DNA of 63,619 nucleotides, the filler included, from Octopus bimaculoides (Eukaryota), in assembly GCF_001194135.2 (NCBI RefSeq). It is 4 parts of 3 records of this genome, joined end to end, with 100 filler letters (N's around TTAATTAATTAA, not from the genome) between each part and the next. Parts side by side here need not be neighbours in the genome. Positions count along the whole stretch, not along the records: positions 22,056 to 45,485 come from NC_068989.1; positions 45,586 to 63,619 come from NC_068989.1; 2 more parts are not named here. The stretch is one strand, 5' to 3'. The notes under the pieces are model-generated. The model saw only the letters and a list, made by a program, of their open reading frames with translations. It ran no database searches and was not told the origin of the DNA. Below are positions 36,873 to 49,271 of this stretch, piece by piece (positions within the stretch are counted from its first letter, which is position 1; each line of letters begins with the position of its first letter). The position numbers were made by a program, and so were the translations under genes.

Positions 36873-37296
36873 AATAATACGGAATGGGACAAGAACGCAA
36901 AATATCCAGACAGTTAGGTGATACAAGAAAGGGACAAAACATCCAGATAGACGATACAAAGAAAACAAGGACAGGTCATTTGGAGTTTTCTTTCGTCAGT
37001 CGAGATCCAGATTATCCTTGCAATTTCGGCTGGTTATTCTCGATATTGCTCCAATCTGGCCAGCCCCAAGGAAAAACTAAGCTACGAGCATTAGATTCCT
37101 TGGAAGAAAGCAGCGAATGTATACAAAAACAAGGACAGAAGAAAAATGAACAGTGTTACACAAATACAGTAGGACAAAACAACAGATGTCTTTCGACTAA
37201 GGACGAATAAAATTAAGCTGGCGTATATGGAAATAAGGCCTTACAGCTGGGATACTAGATTTCACAGGCTCAGGGAAAAATAACGATGTTGCACGC
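36873..37296. mobile_element. (TA)n-embedded interspersed repeat; truncated second copy at 62694-62840
   Basis: About 145 bp are near-identical between the two loci (AGACAGTTAGGTGATACAAGAAAGGGACAAAACATCC...GATATTGCTCCAAT). Both are flanked by TA-rich microsatellite. Confidence 0.75.
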
Positions 37297-38364
37297 TATA
37301 TATATATATATAGTCAATTCAAAGAACAAACAATTAAAAAACAGAAAAAAAGGATAAAAAAAAAACCCAACGTGAGGACGTGCACAAGCAATATATTAAT
37401 TTGACGCATGAGAAACAAAGGAATATAAAAAATAAAAATTGATAAATAATAAGAAAATAAGAATTAATAAATAATAAAAGATAAGAATAAAAAACAAAAG
37501 AAAAAGATTATATAAAAATCAGTAACAGAAAATAAATATGTGTGTGTATACATATATATGTATGTGTGTGTGTATGTATATATATATGAATGTCTGCGTC
37601 TATATATAGAGCTTAGAAAATTGGAGATTTAATCCTTATTCGCTTAACACCATGAAGCTAATGCTAAGAGCTGTTTCCTAAAAGGTCTTTGTGCCTTTAA
37701 TGGCTGTCTAGTTTCAATATTTCTGCCATCCAGATTGTCTGTCAGTCTTCCAGTCACAACTTCATAAATTGGTTTGAAATTTTATACAATGTCACCACGT
37801 CCTCTACCGCCTTTTTGATTCTCTTCGTAACCCGAATTTTTTTAACCTTCTTCCTCTCTTTACCCATATTAATCTATCTTAAGCTTTTCCTCTAGTTCCA
37901 ATATCTATCTGCCTTATGAATAGATTACAGGCAGACACGAGGAAGCACGATGCACACACACAGATACGCACATACACATATGCATACTAATGTTTTTAGA
38001 TTCACGCGCAAATATACACATACACACTTACGCAAACTACAAACATAAAGATACATTCACATATACATTATATACATACATACACATATGCTTCATTAAA
38101 TCATCAACGGAAGTAGATTCGCTGGCAATTACTTACAATTAACAGAAATAGAACAACAGCAACAACAACAAAAACAACAAGACAAACAATGTATCAATAA
38201 TAACTTGCATTGACAAGAACAACTGTAGAAAAACAAGGAGGACAACATCCGTAAACAACAACACGATCATCAGCGTCAACAACATAACAGCACAAACAGC
38301 TCTTAACAATAGCAACATACAAAGTAGTAATATCAACTGCCAATCTACAATAATGTCTCTAGAT

Positions 38365-38660
38365 CAGGGGTTTTCAAACTGTGGTCCGCGGACCACAGGG
38401 GGTCCGCAAGGACAAGACAGGGGGTCTGTGAACAGCAAATACTTTTTATGGGCAATTTGATTTTATATATATTTTTTTATCGAAATCTCTTAATTGACAA
38501 TAAACCTATTTGTTAAATACTGTTAAATAAATAAATGCAAACATATGTTATTTTAAGCAAATATTTATGTATACATTTCATAAGCGTTTATAAGGGGTCC
38601 GTCCCTAAGGTAAAGCCTGAAATATAAAGGGGTCCGCAAGTCAAAAAGTTTGAAAACCTC
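38365..38660 (+). mobile_element. hAT-Charlie-type MITE
   Basis: TIRs CAGGGGTTTTCAAACT and AGTTTGAAAACCTC (cut by a gap). The left flank CTCTAGAT fits the NTCTAGAN target. Confidence 0.8.
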
Positions 38661-39035
38661 NNNNNNNNNNNNNNNNNNNNNNNNNNNNNNNNNNNNNNNN
38701 NNNNNNNNNNNNNNNNNNNNNNNNNNNNNNNNNNNNNNNNNNNNNNNNNNNNNNNNNNNNNNNNNNNNNNNNNNNNNNNNNNNNNNNNNNNNNNNNNNNN
38801 NNNNNNNNNNNNNNNNNNNNNNNNNNNNNNNNNNNNNNNNNNNNNNNNNNNNNNNNNNNNNNNNNNNNNNNNNNNNNNNNNNNNNNNNNNNNNNNNNNNN
38901 NNNNNNNNNNNNNNNNNNNNNNNNNNNNNNNNNNNNNNNNNNNNNNNNNNNNNNNNNNNNNNNNNNNNNNNNNNNNNNNNNNNNNNNNNNNNNNNNNNNN
39001 NNNNNNNNNNNNNNNNNNNNNNNNNNNNNNNNNNN

Positions 39036-39079
<44 letters not shown>

Positions 39080-40059
39080 TGTGTGTATGTGTACATATGT
39101 ATATATATATATTCATATACACACGTAGATACATATACATACGTACATACATATACACATTCACACACACACGCACACACATATGTACATATCCACACAC
39201 ACATATAAACGACGAACTTCTTTTGGTCTCCATCTACCAGATCCACTTGCAAGGCTGTGATTGGCTCGGTGCTATAGCGGAAGACACTTGTTTGTCTCCC
39301 ACCACAAAAATAAAAAAATAAAAAAAAGAGAAAAGACGCGACAATTTCGAAAAATCAGAAGGAATTTTGCTACTAGAAAGAAGATAAAAAGAAAAAGGAA
39401 AATGTTTATAATGAATTACTGCGTTTAATTGGAAATAAACTCCGTTTTGAATCAGGAATGAAATAAAGTTTTTGGTCGCCATCTTGGGAATATTTCAGTC
39501 TTTGGTCGTCGGTATGAGATGATACCAAGAACCAAAGTAGAATAATTCGGCTGCACATCACATTAAATATTAGTTTGATGTAAACCAGGCAATAGAAATT
39601 CAACGGTGTGTGTGTATGTGTGTACGCGCACTAACAAGCATACACATATATACACACGTGTGCGTTTGTGTGTGTATATATATTATGATAACATTCAAAA
39701 GTGCCATATATATATATATATAAAACATTCGGAAATGAAATATGGAAAGGTAACGAAAGACTCATAAATAGATCTTTCTCTCTCTCTCATTCACACATTC
39801 CCTCTCTCTCTCTTTCTCTGTATGGGTTTTCTCCTATATTTCTGTCTTTCTCTCTTTTGTCCCTCACCTCTCTGTTTCTCTCTTCCATCTGTAGGTTGAT
39901 GAATAATGTTATACACTTATATTTATGAGTCTTTTGACCTCTTTTTCAATATTTCATTACTTTGATAACTCGAATCGAAGAGGTTACTATATAGCAAGTA
40001 ACAAACGATATTTCGATATCAAGCCGGCACTAAATAAGATCAACAGTGAAGATAATAAT

Positions 40060-40280
40060 AATCAATCCTCTCTGCTATAGGCACAAGGCCTGAAATTTTT
40101 GGGGAGAGGGCCAGTCGATCAGATCGACCCAGTACGCAGCTGGTACTTAATTTATCGACTCCGAAAGGATGAAAAGCAAAGTCAACCTCGGCAGAATTTG
40201 AACTCAAAACATAGCGACGAGAGAAATACCGCTAAGAACTTTGTCCAGCACGTTAACGATTCTGCCAGTCCGCCACCTTA
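40060..40280 (-). mobile_element. SINE-A copy
   Basis: AATCCTCTCTGCTATAGGCACAAGGCCTG...GGCAGAATTTGAACTCAAAAC...GTTAACGATTCTGCCAG. Confidence 0.85.
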
Positions 40281-40319
40281 GTACTATTAATAATTTTTTT
40301 TTATATATAATAATAATGA

Positions 40320-40694
40320 TGAGGCCGGCTATAATTGTTAGAGATTACCAAGAAAAAAAAAACTTTCTAATCGATGTATCAATACCAACAGATGATAACG
40401 TTTCTCTAAAAGAAATGGAGAAGCTTTCGAAATACAAAGATCTGGAAACAGAGGTAACTCGTATGTAGAGCCTAAAAACAGAAAACATTCAGCCAAGTAC
40501 ATAACAAAAACATCAGGACTTATAAGTATATATAACGTACAGAAAAATAACACTATTAAGCACCGCACACGTCCTACGTAAGACACTTTCAATACAGTGA
40601 AAATAAGAGCACCACAACAAACCACAGCACATATCCAAGGCACACAGAGCTGCGCTCGGCAGTGCAATGAAAGCACGTGATAAATATAAGACTA

Positions 40695-40700
<6 letters not shown>
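40320..40700 (+). mobile_element. R4/Dong LINE 3' fragment (REL endonuclease and UTR)
   Basis: RPAIIVRDYQEKKNFLIDVSIPTDDNVSLKEMEKLSKYKDLETEVTRM, ending in (AAT)n at about 40700-40762. Confidence 0.85.
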
Positions 40701-40762
<62 letters not shown>

Positions 40763-40764
<2 letters not shown>

Positions 40765-41400
40765 GGCTGTTGCTGTAGTCCGCTATAGTGTACCCATCCT
40801 GAAATGGACTCAAGCGGCGATAGACCAACTCGATCGCACTACTCGAAAGACAACGATAATGCATAGTGCCCTCCACTCTAAGGCAAATGTACTCAGACTC
40901 TACATGAAGAGAGGTAAAAGTGGATGTGGGCTGATTAGCGTATGGGAGTGCACCAACAGTAAAAGAAGAAACCTGGAAGAATATTTGGTAAATAGCAAAC
41001 AAGACCTGCTACAGTATGCTGCTAGTGCAGAAGGAGTTAACAAAAATGGACTTGTGAGTGTTCATGAATTCCGATCACGAACAGCCAACGAGAGACAAGA
41101 AACCCTACTCCATATGTAATTACGTGAAACCAACATGTTAAAAAACCAGGAAGCATTATAGAGTGACCTAACAAAAGTGACCTAAAAAAGAATACTGAAA
41201 GCCTAATCATCGCTGCCCAGGACCAGGCATTGAATACCAACTCAGTGAAAAAGAATATATACCACACACGTGCAACGGACCTCTGCTGAATATATGAGAA
41301 GAGGGTCGAAAGCGTGACTCACATTGTTAGTGCTTCTGTTAGTGCTATGCCGGAAGTATGGATACGAAGTAACGGGTGCTTGTTACCAGCATACACCAGG
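40763..41400 (+). mobile_element. R4/Dong LINE fragment (RT C-terminus to CCHC region)
   Basis: AVAVVRYSVPILKWTQAAIDQLDRTTRK...LRLYMKRGKSGCGL...TESLIIAAQDQALNTN...ESVTHIVSA. It starts directly after (AAT)n. Confidence 0.85.
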
Positions 41401-41885
41401 TCAACATACATGCCCCGGCGGCAGTTTTAAAGGGGCACCACTTTTGGGTCTGCTGTAGGCAATGTGTTTTTTTGTGGGGTCCGGGGGCGGCAAACGGAAG
41501 GGCCGCCCCAGGTGGCATACACTCTAGTTACGCTAGTGCCTCAAAAGAATGAAAGGCTAAGTCGACCTCGGTGGAATTTGAACCTAGAATGTAAAGACCG
41601 ACGAAATGCTGCTAAACATTTTTCCCGGTGCGTTAACGATTCTGCCAGCTCGCCGCCTTACTTGCTAATTAACTACAACTAATAACAATTGTCTCTAATT
41701 TAGGCAAATAGCCAACAACTTTGAGAGCAAATATTAGCCGATTACATCGTTCTCATTACTTGGCTGGTATTTTATGCTGTTGAACAACCTTTTCCAACAT
41801 TTTCTTTCATCAGTTAGATATAGGACATTTTATATAACAATGGATGACATTACATTTATTTTAGGAAAGTCACACTGGAAAAAAG

Positions 41886-42228
41886 TTGGCTGTGCTGTAA
41901 GACGCTTGCTTCTTAGCCACATGGTTCCGGGTTCGGCCCCACTGCATGGCACCTTGAGCAAAGCCTCGGGCCGATCGAAACCTTGTGAGTAGATGTGCTA
42001 GATGGAAGCTGAAAGAAGCCCGTCGTATATAAATATATATTTATATGAGTGTCATTGTGTTTGTGTGTTTACGTTCCCGTAACTTAATGGTTCAGCAAAA
42101 GAGAATAATTGCTTGGTTTACAAAGAATAAGTTCTGGGGTCGATTTCTTCGACTAAGGAACTCTTTGATGTGGTGCCTCAGCATGGCTGCAGTCAAATGA
42201 CAGAAGCAAATAAAAGAATAAAGGAATA
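41886..42228 (+). mobile_element. SINE-B, near full length
   Basis: tRNA-like head GGTTCCGGGTTCGGCCCCACTG, internal TA/GT microsatellite and AAAAGAAT tail. Confidence 0.8.
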
Positions 42229-42989
42229 ACCTACGGCCGTCATAATAGTGTTTCTAAGAGCTCTTCCACAGAGGCAACCAAGTCTTCCGCTATAAAAATC
42301 TTCCATGAATCACATGCTACGGTTTTTTTTTTTTATAAAAATACGTTGAATAATATAACTCCAGATGGATTATTTCTGAATATAGTATGGAATAGTCATG
42401 GCATGAACACCTTTGATTCTGAGTTTACTGTATGAAGGTTGAACTGTGCTAAACAATAGCAGCAAAAGAATTCATTTGTATCATCAAAACCTGTGTTTAA
42501 TGGTTTCCTATTCAATTCTTGGTAAATTATATTTATAGTTGTAGATGGAAATTTGTAAATTGATTTGTGAGTTGATTAATGAAAGCGGATTAAGAAATAA
42601 TTGTAAAAGTTTTCCTCGCGAGATGGACTGAGAAATATAAAAATAGCAGATGGAATATTTAAATGTCTTTCTAGCCATTACTGACATCTGGGTGATTACA
42701 TTGCAAGCAAGAATTTGATGAAATTTGACAACAGTTTAATTACAAAGAAGTAACGTGGCAAAAAAGGTCAATACTTTCTTGGAACTAGATGTTGTCAAAT
42801 GTCTGTGGTGGGTTCATGGCCCTTATTGATACAATTAAATACTGAAATAAAAATTTAAGCTCTCACTAAGCTAAAAAGAAACATCCCCGTACATTTTTAA
42901 AACATTTCATACCAAACAATTTTTCTAGTCGTTTACATATGTATATATATATATATACATACATATATATATATGTATATATATATATA

Positions 42990-44611
42990 CAATGGCCAGA
43001 ATAAGTTTAAGACCGATGATGACAGTTCTATTACTTCATAAATTTATTTTTAATAAAATTGTATAAAATTATTTTACTTTTTACAGTTTATGTAGAATTT
43101 TTTTTCTCTTTCGAATGATATAGGCTTTATATATCTTTCCACAATTTGAATAATTTTAATGCGCAATTAATTCAAATAATGAAAAAATTGTTGGCAAAAT
43201 AATTTTAAGACCCGTACGAACATTATTTTGTTTAAGACCGTACCAATATCATGCAAATTAATAAACCAAATGGGTAGTGATATGGCTGGTCGTACTGCGC
43301 TGTTTTGTTTAATAATCGAGCATTGTTACACATTAATTCGCTATGGGAAAGCGTCGGAGTATCAGCCCAGTTACTAGGTCAAAGATCGTGTTGCTTCATC
43401 AGCAAAATGTGTCCTTCATAAACATTAGCAAGCAATTAGGATGCAGCAAAATGGATTGTGACCAAGCATGGAAGCTTTACTAAGCTACTGGCCAATACAA
43501 AGTTCGTTTAAGAACGGGCACTCCGAGAAAAATAACAGTACAGATGGATTGGCGAATTCATAGGCTCTCTGAAGGTAACTGAATGTTAACAGCAGAGGAC
43601 ATTTGCAAGCAATTATCTGATGAAACTTACATCAATTTTACACCATAAACTGTCAAAATTCGCCTAAAGGAATTTCTGACACCAACCGGCAGAACCGGAT
43701 CAAGTTTGCTAAAAGCCATATTGAATGAACAGCCGAAGAGTGGCCAAAAGTACTTTGGAGCGACGAATCTCACTTCTGCATCTTTGGATCAGACGGAAAG
43801 AGTTATGTTAGACGCCGTCGAACTGAAGAATTCCATCCTAAGTGTGTCAAGAAAACGGTGCAAGCGGGAGGTGATGAGGTAATGGCGTGGGCCGCATCCA
43901 GCAGCTTGGATGTTGGTCCATTTGTTAAGGTTGATGGCAGACTAAATAGTGTAGGCTATCTGCAATTAGTAAATGAAAATGTGCTGCCATATTTAAATTA
44001 TCAGATGCCACCGGATCTATTTTCCAGCAGGGCAGTTGCCCCGTTCATAAGGCTAGGAAAGTTTTGCAATATTTTGAGCGCAACAATATGGTGGTTATCG
44101 AGTGGCCTCTGCAGAGCCCGGATTTGAATCCGATAGAAAATTTATGGAATTATGTTTCTAAAAGAGTTTATGTTAAAAAACCAACAAATTTGTCCCAATC
44201 ATATAATTTTATTGAAGAAACGTAGCAGAACATTCCAAGTGATTTTTGTGCTGATTTGTCGAACTCTATGTCCCTCCATTGTAAGGCCGTAATTGAAAAT
44301 AATGGCTATGGAACTAGATACTAATAACAAATTTTTGTTCGCTGATCATTTGTGCCGTAAATTTTCAGTTTAAACAGAATAATGTTGGTACGGTCTTAAA
44401 CTTATTTTGCCAACAATTTGTAATTATTTGAATTAATTGTGCATTAAAATTTTCAAATTGCTGAAAGATATATAATGCCTATATCATTCAAAAGAGAAAA
44501 AAATTCTACGTAAACTGTAAAACGTAAAATAATTTTATACAGTTTTGTTAATAATAAATTAATGAAGGAACAGAATTGTCATCATCGGTCTTAAACTTAT
44601 TTTGGCCAGTG
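42990..44611 (+). mobile_element. Full-length degenerate Tc1 transposon (DD34E) with long IR/DR termini
   Basis: About 235-bp TIRs (TA|CAATGGCC...GGCCAGTG) with internal TTTAAGACCG direct repeats. Transposase remnant at 43343-44324: MGKRRSISPVTRSKIV..., SDES, FQQG (catalytic D to G), QSPDLNPIENLW. Stops and frameshifts are present. Confidence 0.92.
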
Positions 44612-44711
44612 CATATATATCGCCCAACCAGTGTACAATATCGCCTAATCAGTTTGAGAAGGCCAGTAAAAGGTATGGACACAAATCTCCACCACTTCTC
44701 CTCCCCACACA

Positions 44712-45020
44712 TCTTTTATCTTTTACTTGTTTCAGTCATTAAAGTACGGTCACTCTGAGTACCGTCTTGAAGAATTTTAGCCGAACGAATCTACACCAGT
44801 ACTTATTTTTTTAAAGCCTGGTGCTTATTCTTTCGCTCTGTTTTGCCGAAGTTACGAATACGTGAACACGCCAAGCGGTGGTGGTGGTGGGGACCAACAC
44901 AGAAACAAATACACGCAAACACGCACACGCAATCATATATGTATATATGATGGACTTCTAGCATCCGTCTGCCAAATCCACTCACAAGGTTGGCCGGCAC
45001 TAGGCTCTAGAATACTACAA
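44712..45020 (-). mobile_element. SINE-B-related copy (decayed)
   Basis: TCTTTTACTTGTTTCAGTCATT tail and CCAAATCCACTCACAAGG block. Confidence 0.65.
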
Positions 45021-45255
45021 AAGACGTCAAAAAGAAGTCTAGAGTGATACTGTTGTTTATGACAGTAGATAGATGGTTTCCATCGCCTCTCCGCCGGAGC
45101 GCTGTCTGCTGTGGTTTACTACATGGGAATCTCTAGAGAATGTATATTTACAAACGGGTCGATTGTAAATATTGATATTTTCGGCGACAACGTTCATTTC
45201 TAATGAAAGCATGCGAATTATGGATCTTTCTTGTACTGTTCGGTTAGCAGCCTAC

Positions 45256-45384
45256 CTTAGACAGCTGACGGCCCATTACTGTCCAGTGAAGCGAACACAG
45301 AATTACCCATCGGAGGAATTTACAGAATGACTGACAACTAATAGTCATAGGTGTTAAATACTGATCGATGCTGTTAGCCGTAAC
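45256..45384 (-). CDS. Candidate internal exon of an unidentified minus-strand gene
   Basis: Acceptor TCATGTTTCAG|G and donor AAG|GTAGGC. 129 nt, one open frame, VTANSIDQYLTPMTISCQSFCKFLRWVILCSLHWTVMGRQLSK. No homology recognised. Confidence 0.25.
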
Positions 45385-45440
45385 CTGAAACATGATTGAG
45401 AGCCGCCACGGTATCCGCCCGGATTATATATCCCTCCAAA

Positions 45441-45485
<45 letters not shown>

Positions 45486-45585
45486 NNNNNNNNNNNNNNN
45501 NNNNNNNNNNNNNNNNNNNNNNNNNNNNNTTAATTAATTAANNNNNNNNNNNNNNNNNNNNNNNNNNNNNNNNNNNNNNNNNNNN

Positions 45586-45855
45586 GAGGCTCCGGCAGGG
45601 GATGGTGGCGAACCCTGCTGTACTCTTTCACCACAACTTTCTCTCACTCTTACTTCCTGTTTCTGTTGTGCCTGTAATTCAAAGGGTCAGCCTTGTCACA
45701 TTGTGTCACACTGAATCTCCCCAAGAACTACGTTAAGGGTACAAGTGTCTGTGGAGTGCTCAGCCACTTGCACGTTTAATTTCACGAGCAGGCTGTTCCG
45801 TTGGTCGGATCAACTGGAACCCTCGACGTCGTAAGCGACGGAGTGCCAACAACAT
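45586..45855 (+). mobile_element. SINE-C 3' portion
   Basis: Near-identical to the reverse complement of 27434-27700 and 51300-51580. The head is lost in a gap. Confidence 0.88.
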
Positions 45856-46912
45856 TGTGCTAATCTATCTCCGAAATAACGTCAGCCAATGTTTGCTGAT
45901 TTATCAACTGTAAGAACATAGTTGCGTTCATTAGATAAGCAGGAGTATAAGTACATTTCATAAGACCGCGTGCTGAAAAAGGGCCGGAGCTCAAAATGAT
46001 TGAAACCAAACCAAGAACAAAAAGAAAAACTGTCGTGAAGGGCATTTGTGACATCATGACATCAAATGAGTGAAAGTGTCCGGCGAATTATTTAGGCTGT
46101 TAGACTCTCGATCGTGGATTTTGTTCTTGGACCGGATACCACTTTGTGTCCTTGTACAATCCCTATTTTTTTGTAACCACCAGAGTACGTGGAGTCTTGT
46201 GAAAATAAAGCTTCGTTTCACTCAAAAACAAAAAAAAAGGTCAAACTAAAAATCTGAAAACAAGCATGGACATTTAGAACAAGCTTATGAAATTGCTGTA
46301 GATATGAAAAAAGGGTTACAGAAAAAACAGGCTACAAATATAAGAGATGCAAATATTCTCAAGAATCCGCCAATCATAAATAAGATTTCCAAATTCAAGG
46401 AAGCCACATGATTAAGCAAAAATAAATAAATAAATAAATAAAACAATTTAACTGTCTTTTTCTTTACATCTTTCATTTTCTTCTTTTTGATTTTCCTTCT
46501 CTTATGTAAGTGGAATTAACGTATCTTTCCCCAGTCTCTCATGAATTATTCCCTTCATACAGACATTTCAATTGACAAAAATAAATGAATAAATAAATAA
46601 ATGCCTAATTTAAAATTATTTATTTCGACAAATTATCTAATGTTGACTTTATAACAATTTGAATTCAGGAGTTCATTAATACATTATTCACACTCGCACT
46701 GCTTATGAAATTATACTACTTATCGATCTTATACAAATCAGAACGAAATATATTTATAGAGCTTCTGACTTCTGAACACAGGTTGAAGGAGCGCTGGAAA
46801 TTTCTTCTTCTTCTTCTTCTTCTTCTAAATTTGGTTCAATCTCTTCTTTTAATTTAGAATTTACATCAGAAAGACTATGACATATTTCTGAAACAGCCTT
46901 CGTAACTTCAAC

Positions 46913-46925
46913 GTTGCTAAGCAAC
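46913..46925. promoter_or_regulatory. RFX X-box-like palindrome GTTGCTAAGCAAC
   Basis: Perfect inverted half-sites GTTGCT-A-AGCAAC that fit RFX half-site geometry. Function is untested. Confidence 0.3.
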
Positions 46926-47121
46926 CAAATTATATTTTATTTATTTTTTTTATGGTTATAACGTCTAGGTATCTAACAAGATTTCTACTTGTAAATGTAC
47001 GGTTTAAATGAAAATTTTGATAACATTAAGCGTTCGATGACATTATTCATGATTATAAACGATGATTAACAACGACCCGCTGTACAAATACACACAATGT
47101 ATATGCATACATATACACACA

Positions 47122-47170
<49 letters not shown>

Positions 47171-48750
47171 GCACATATTTTTTTATAAACGAATATATAT
47201 ATGTATGCATATGTGTATCATATATGCATAAGTATAGATAAATACATATGTATATATATACATATATACATATAGATATATAGATATATATATATACACA
47301 CACACAAACACACANNNNNNNNNNNNNNNNNNNNNNNNNNNNNNNNNNNNNNNNNNNTATATATATATGTATATATGTATATATACGTGTGTGTATATAT
47401 CTGTGTATGTATGGATGTATATATGATTTTTATTCCGTGTTCGTCGACTACGCCTTATTCTCAAGTTGGTACGTTTCCTTTCCACCTGTCTTTGACTGTG
47501 CGCACACGTCCACAAACACCCCCGCATGTACGTACACGCACATGCCTATGCATTTTTGAAATTAAAATAATCAACCACCTTAACGAACCTTCAGAATTTA
47601 GCATGCTTTAAATAAAAAAAACGTCCCAATCTATATTAATTATCAAAGCTCCAACCTTAATACTGTGAGACATATTCAGAAAACTAAAATAAGATTACGC
47701 GTTATACAAGATAACCTCTAGGCTTAGTAGTGTGATGTTTCGAGTCTCTAATTAGAGGTAGCTAATTATCTCTAACACAGGTAAAAATATATATTTTCTG
47801 TATAGAATATCCTACGTTTGCTATTATTGATGCACGCTTCATTTAATTTGCATCTGCGTATTTCCTCTGTTCATTTCCTGTTTTAGTCGTATTTCCTTCC
47901 ATATATATGACCCTTTTATAATATAATATAGGAATACGAGTAACTTCTACCGTTGGCTGACTTCAATACGCGGAATTAATATATGTGTGTGTGTGTGTGT
48001 GTGTATCTCTTCATATATACATATATGTATGTATGTGTATATATATCTATATACATATGTATATATATACATATATATACATNNNNNNNNNNNNNNNNNN
48101 NNNNNNNNNNNNNNNNNNNNNNNNNNNNNNNNNNNNNNNNNNNNNNNNNNNNNNNNNNNNNNNNNNNNNNNNNNNNNNNNNNNNNNNNNNNNNNNNNNNN
48201 NNNNNNNNNNNNNNNNNNNNNNNNNNNNNNNNNNNNNNNNNNNNNNNNNNNNNNNNNNNNNNNNNNNNNNNNNNNNNNNNNNNNNNNNNNNNNNNNNNNN
48301 NNNNNNNNNNNNNNNNNNNNNNNNNNNNNNNNNNNNNNNNNNNNNNNNNNNNNNNNNNNNNNNNNNNNNNNNNNNNNNNNNNNNNNNNNNNNNNNNNNNN
48401 NNNNNNNNNNNNNNNNNNNNNNNNNNNNNNNNNNNNNNNNNNNNNNNNNNNNNNNNNNNNNNNNNNNNNNNNNNNNNNNNNNNNNNNNNNNNNNNNNNNN
48501 NNNNNNNNNNNNNNNNNNNNNNNNNNNNNNNNNNNNNNNNNNNNNNNNNNNNNNNNNNNNNNNNNNNNNNNNNNNNNNNNNNNNNNNNNNNNNNNNNNNN
48601 NNNNNNNNNNNNNNNNNNNNNNNNNNNNNNNNNNNNNNNNNNNNNNNNNNNNNNNNNNNNNNNNNNNNNNNNNNNNNNNNNNNNNNNNNNNNNNNNNNNN
48701 NNNNNNNNNNNNNNTGTGTCTGTATGTGTGTATTTATATATACATATATT

Positions 48751-48796
<46 letters not shown>

Positions 48797-49271
48797 ACAT
48801 ATATATGTATATATAGATGTGTGTTTGTGTATGTATATATATGTACATATAGACGTGTGTGTATGTATATATATATATATGTATATAGATGTGTGTGTGT
48901 GTGTGTGTGCTTAGAAAGAAAAGAAAAACGAGATCCGGTCGAAGGAAGAAATAGAGAAAATATGAGTAGGTATAGGCTGAAGAAAAGACATTTACATAAC
49001 GGAAGAAGGATAAGCAAAAATGAAATACAGACGGTATTACGTGGAAGACGTCAGCAAATGAATGATGAGGAAAGGTGAGATTACATTTGTTGTTGTTCGT
49101 CTATTTCTAGTGAGATGTCATCATTGAAGTGTATGCAGCATCCGGGAGAAGGATGGCTGGGTGCTGCTTTGGACGCTGGCAATTTGGTACGGTTGACTGT
49201 ATATTCAATCATTTTGGCGACACTACATACACACACAAAGACATTCAAGTGCATCCAGAAATATATAAAGC

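Noticed and set aside
45860-46057. 65-aa minus-strand ORF with a signal-peptide-like start (MMSQMPFTTVFLFVLGLVSIIL)
   Set aside because: Hydrophobicity is expected from a T-rich strand. There is no homology, promoter or splice support, and it ends at a SINE junction.
47730-47785. GTTTCG with a nearby TAATTAG/CTAATTA inverted repeat, resembling a hammerhead
   Set aside because: No CUGANGA-type core and no UH triplet in the right place.
49081-49224. Minus-strand open frame VAKMIEYTVNRTKLPASKAAPSHPSPGCC… with a possible acceptor
   Set aside because: The acceptor lies in a GT microsatellite, the donor is poor, the peptide is unrecognised, and this length is expected by chance.
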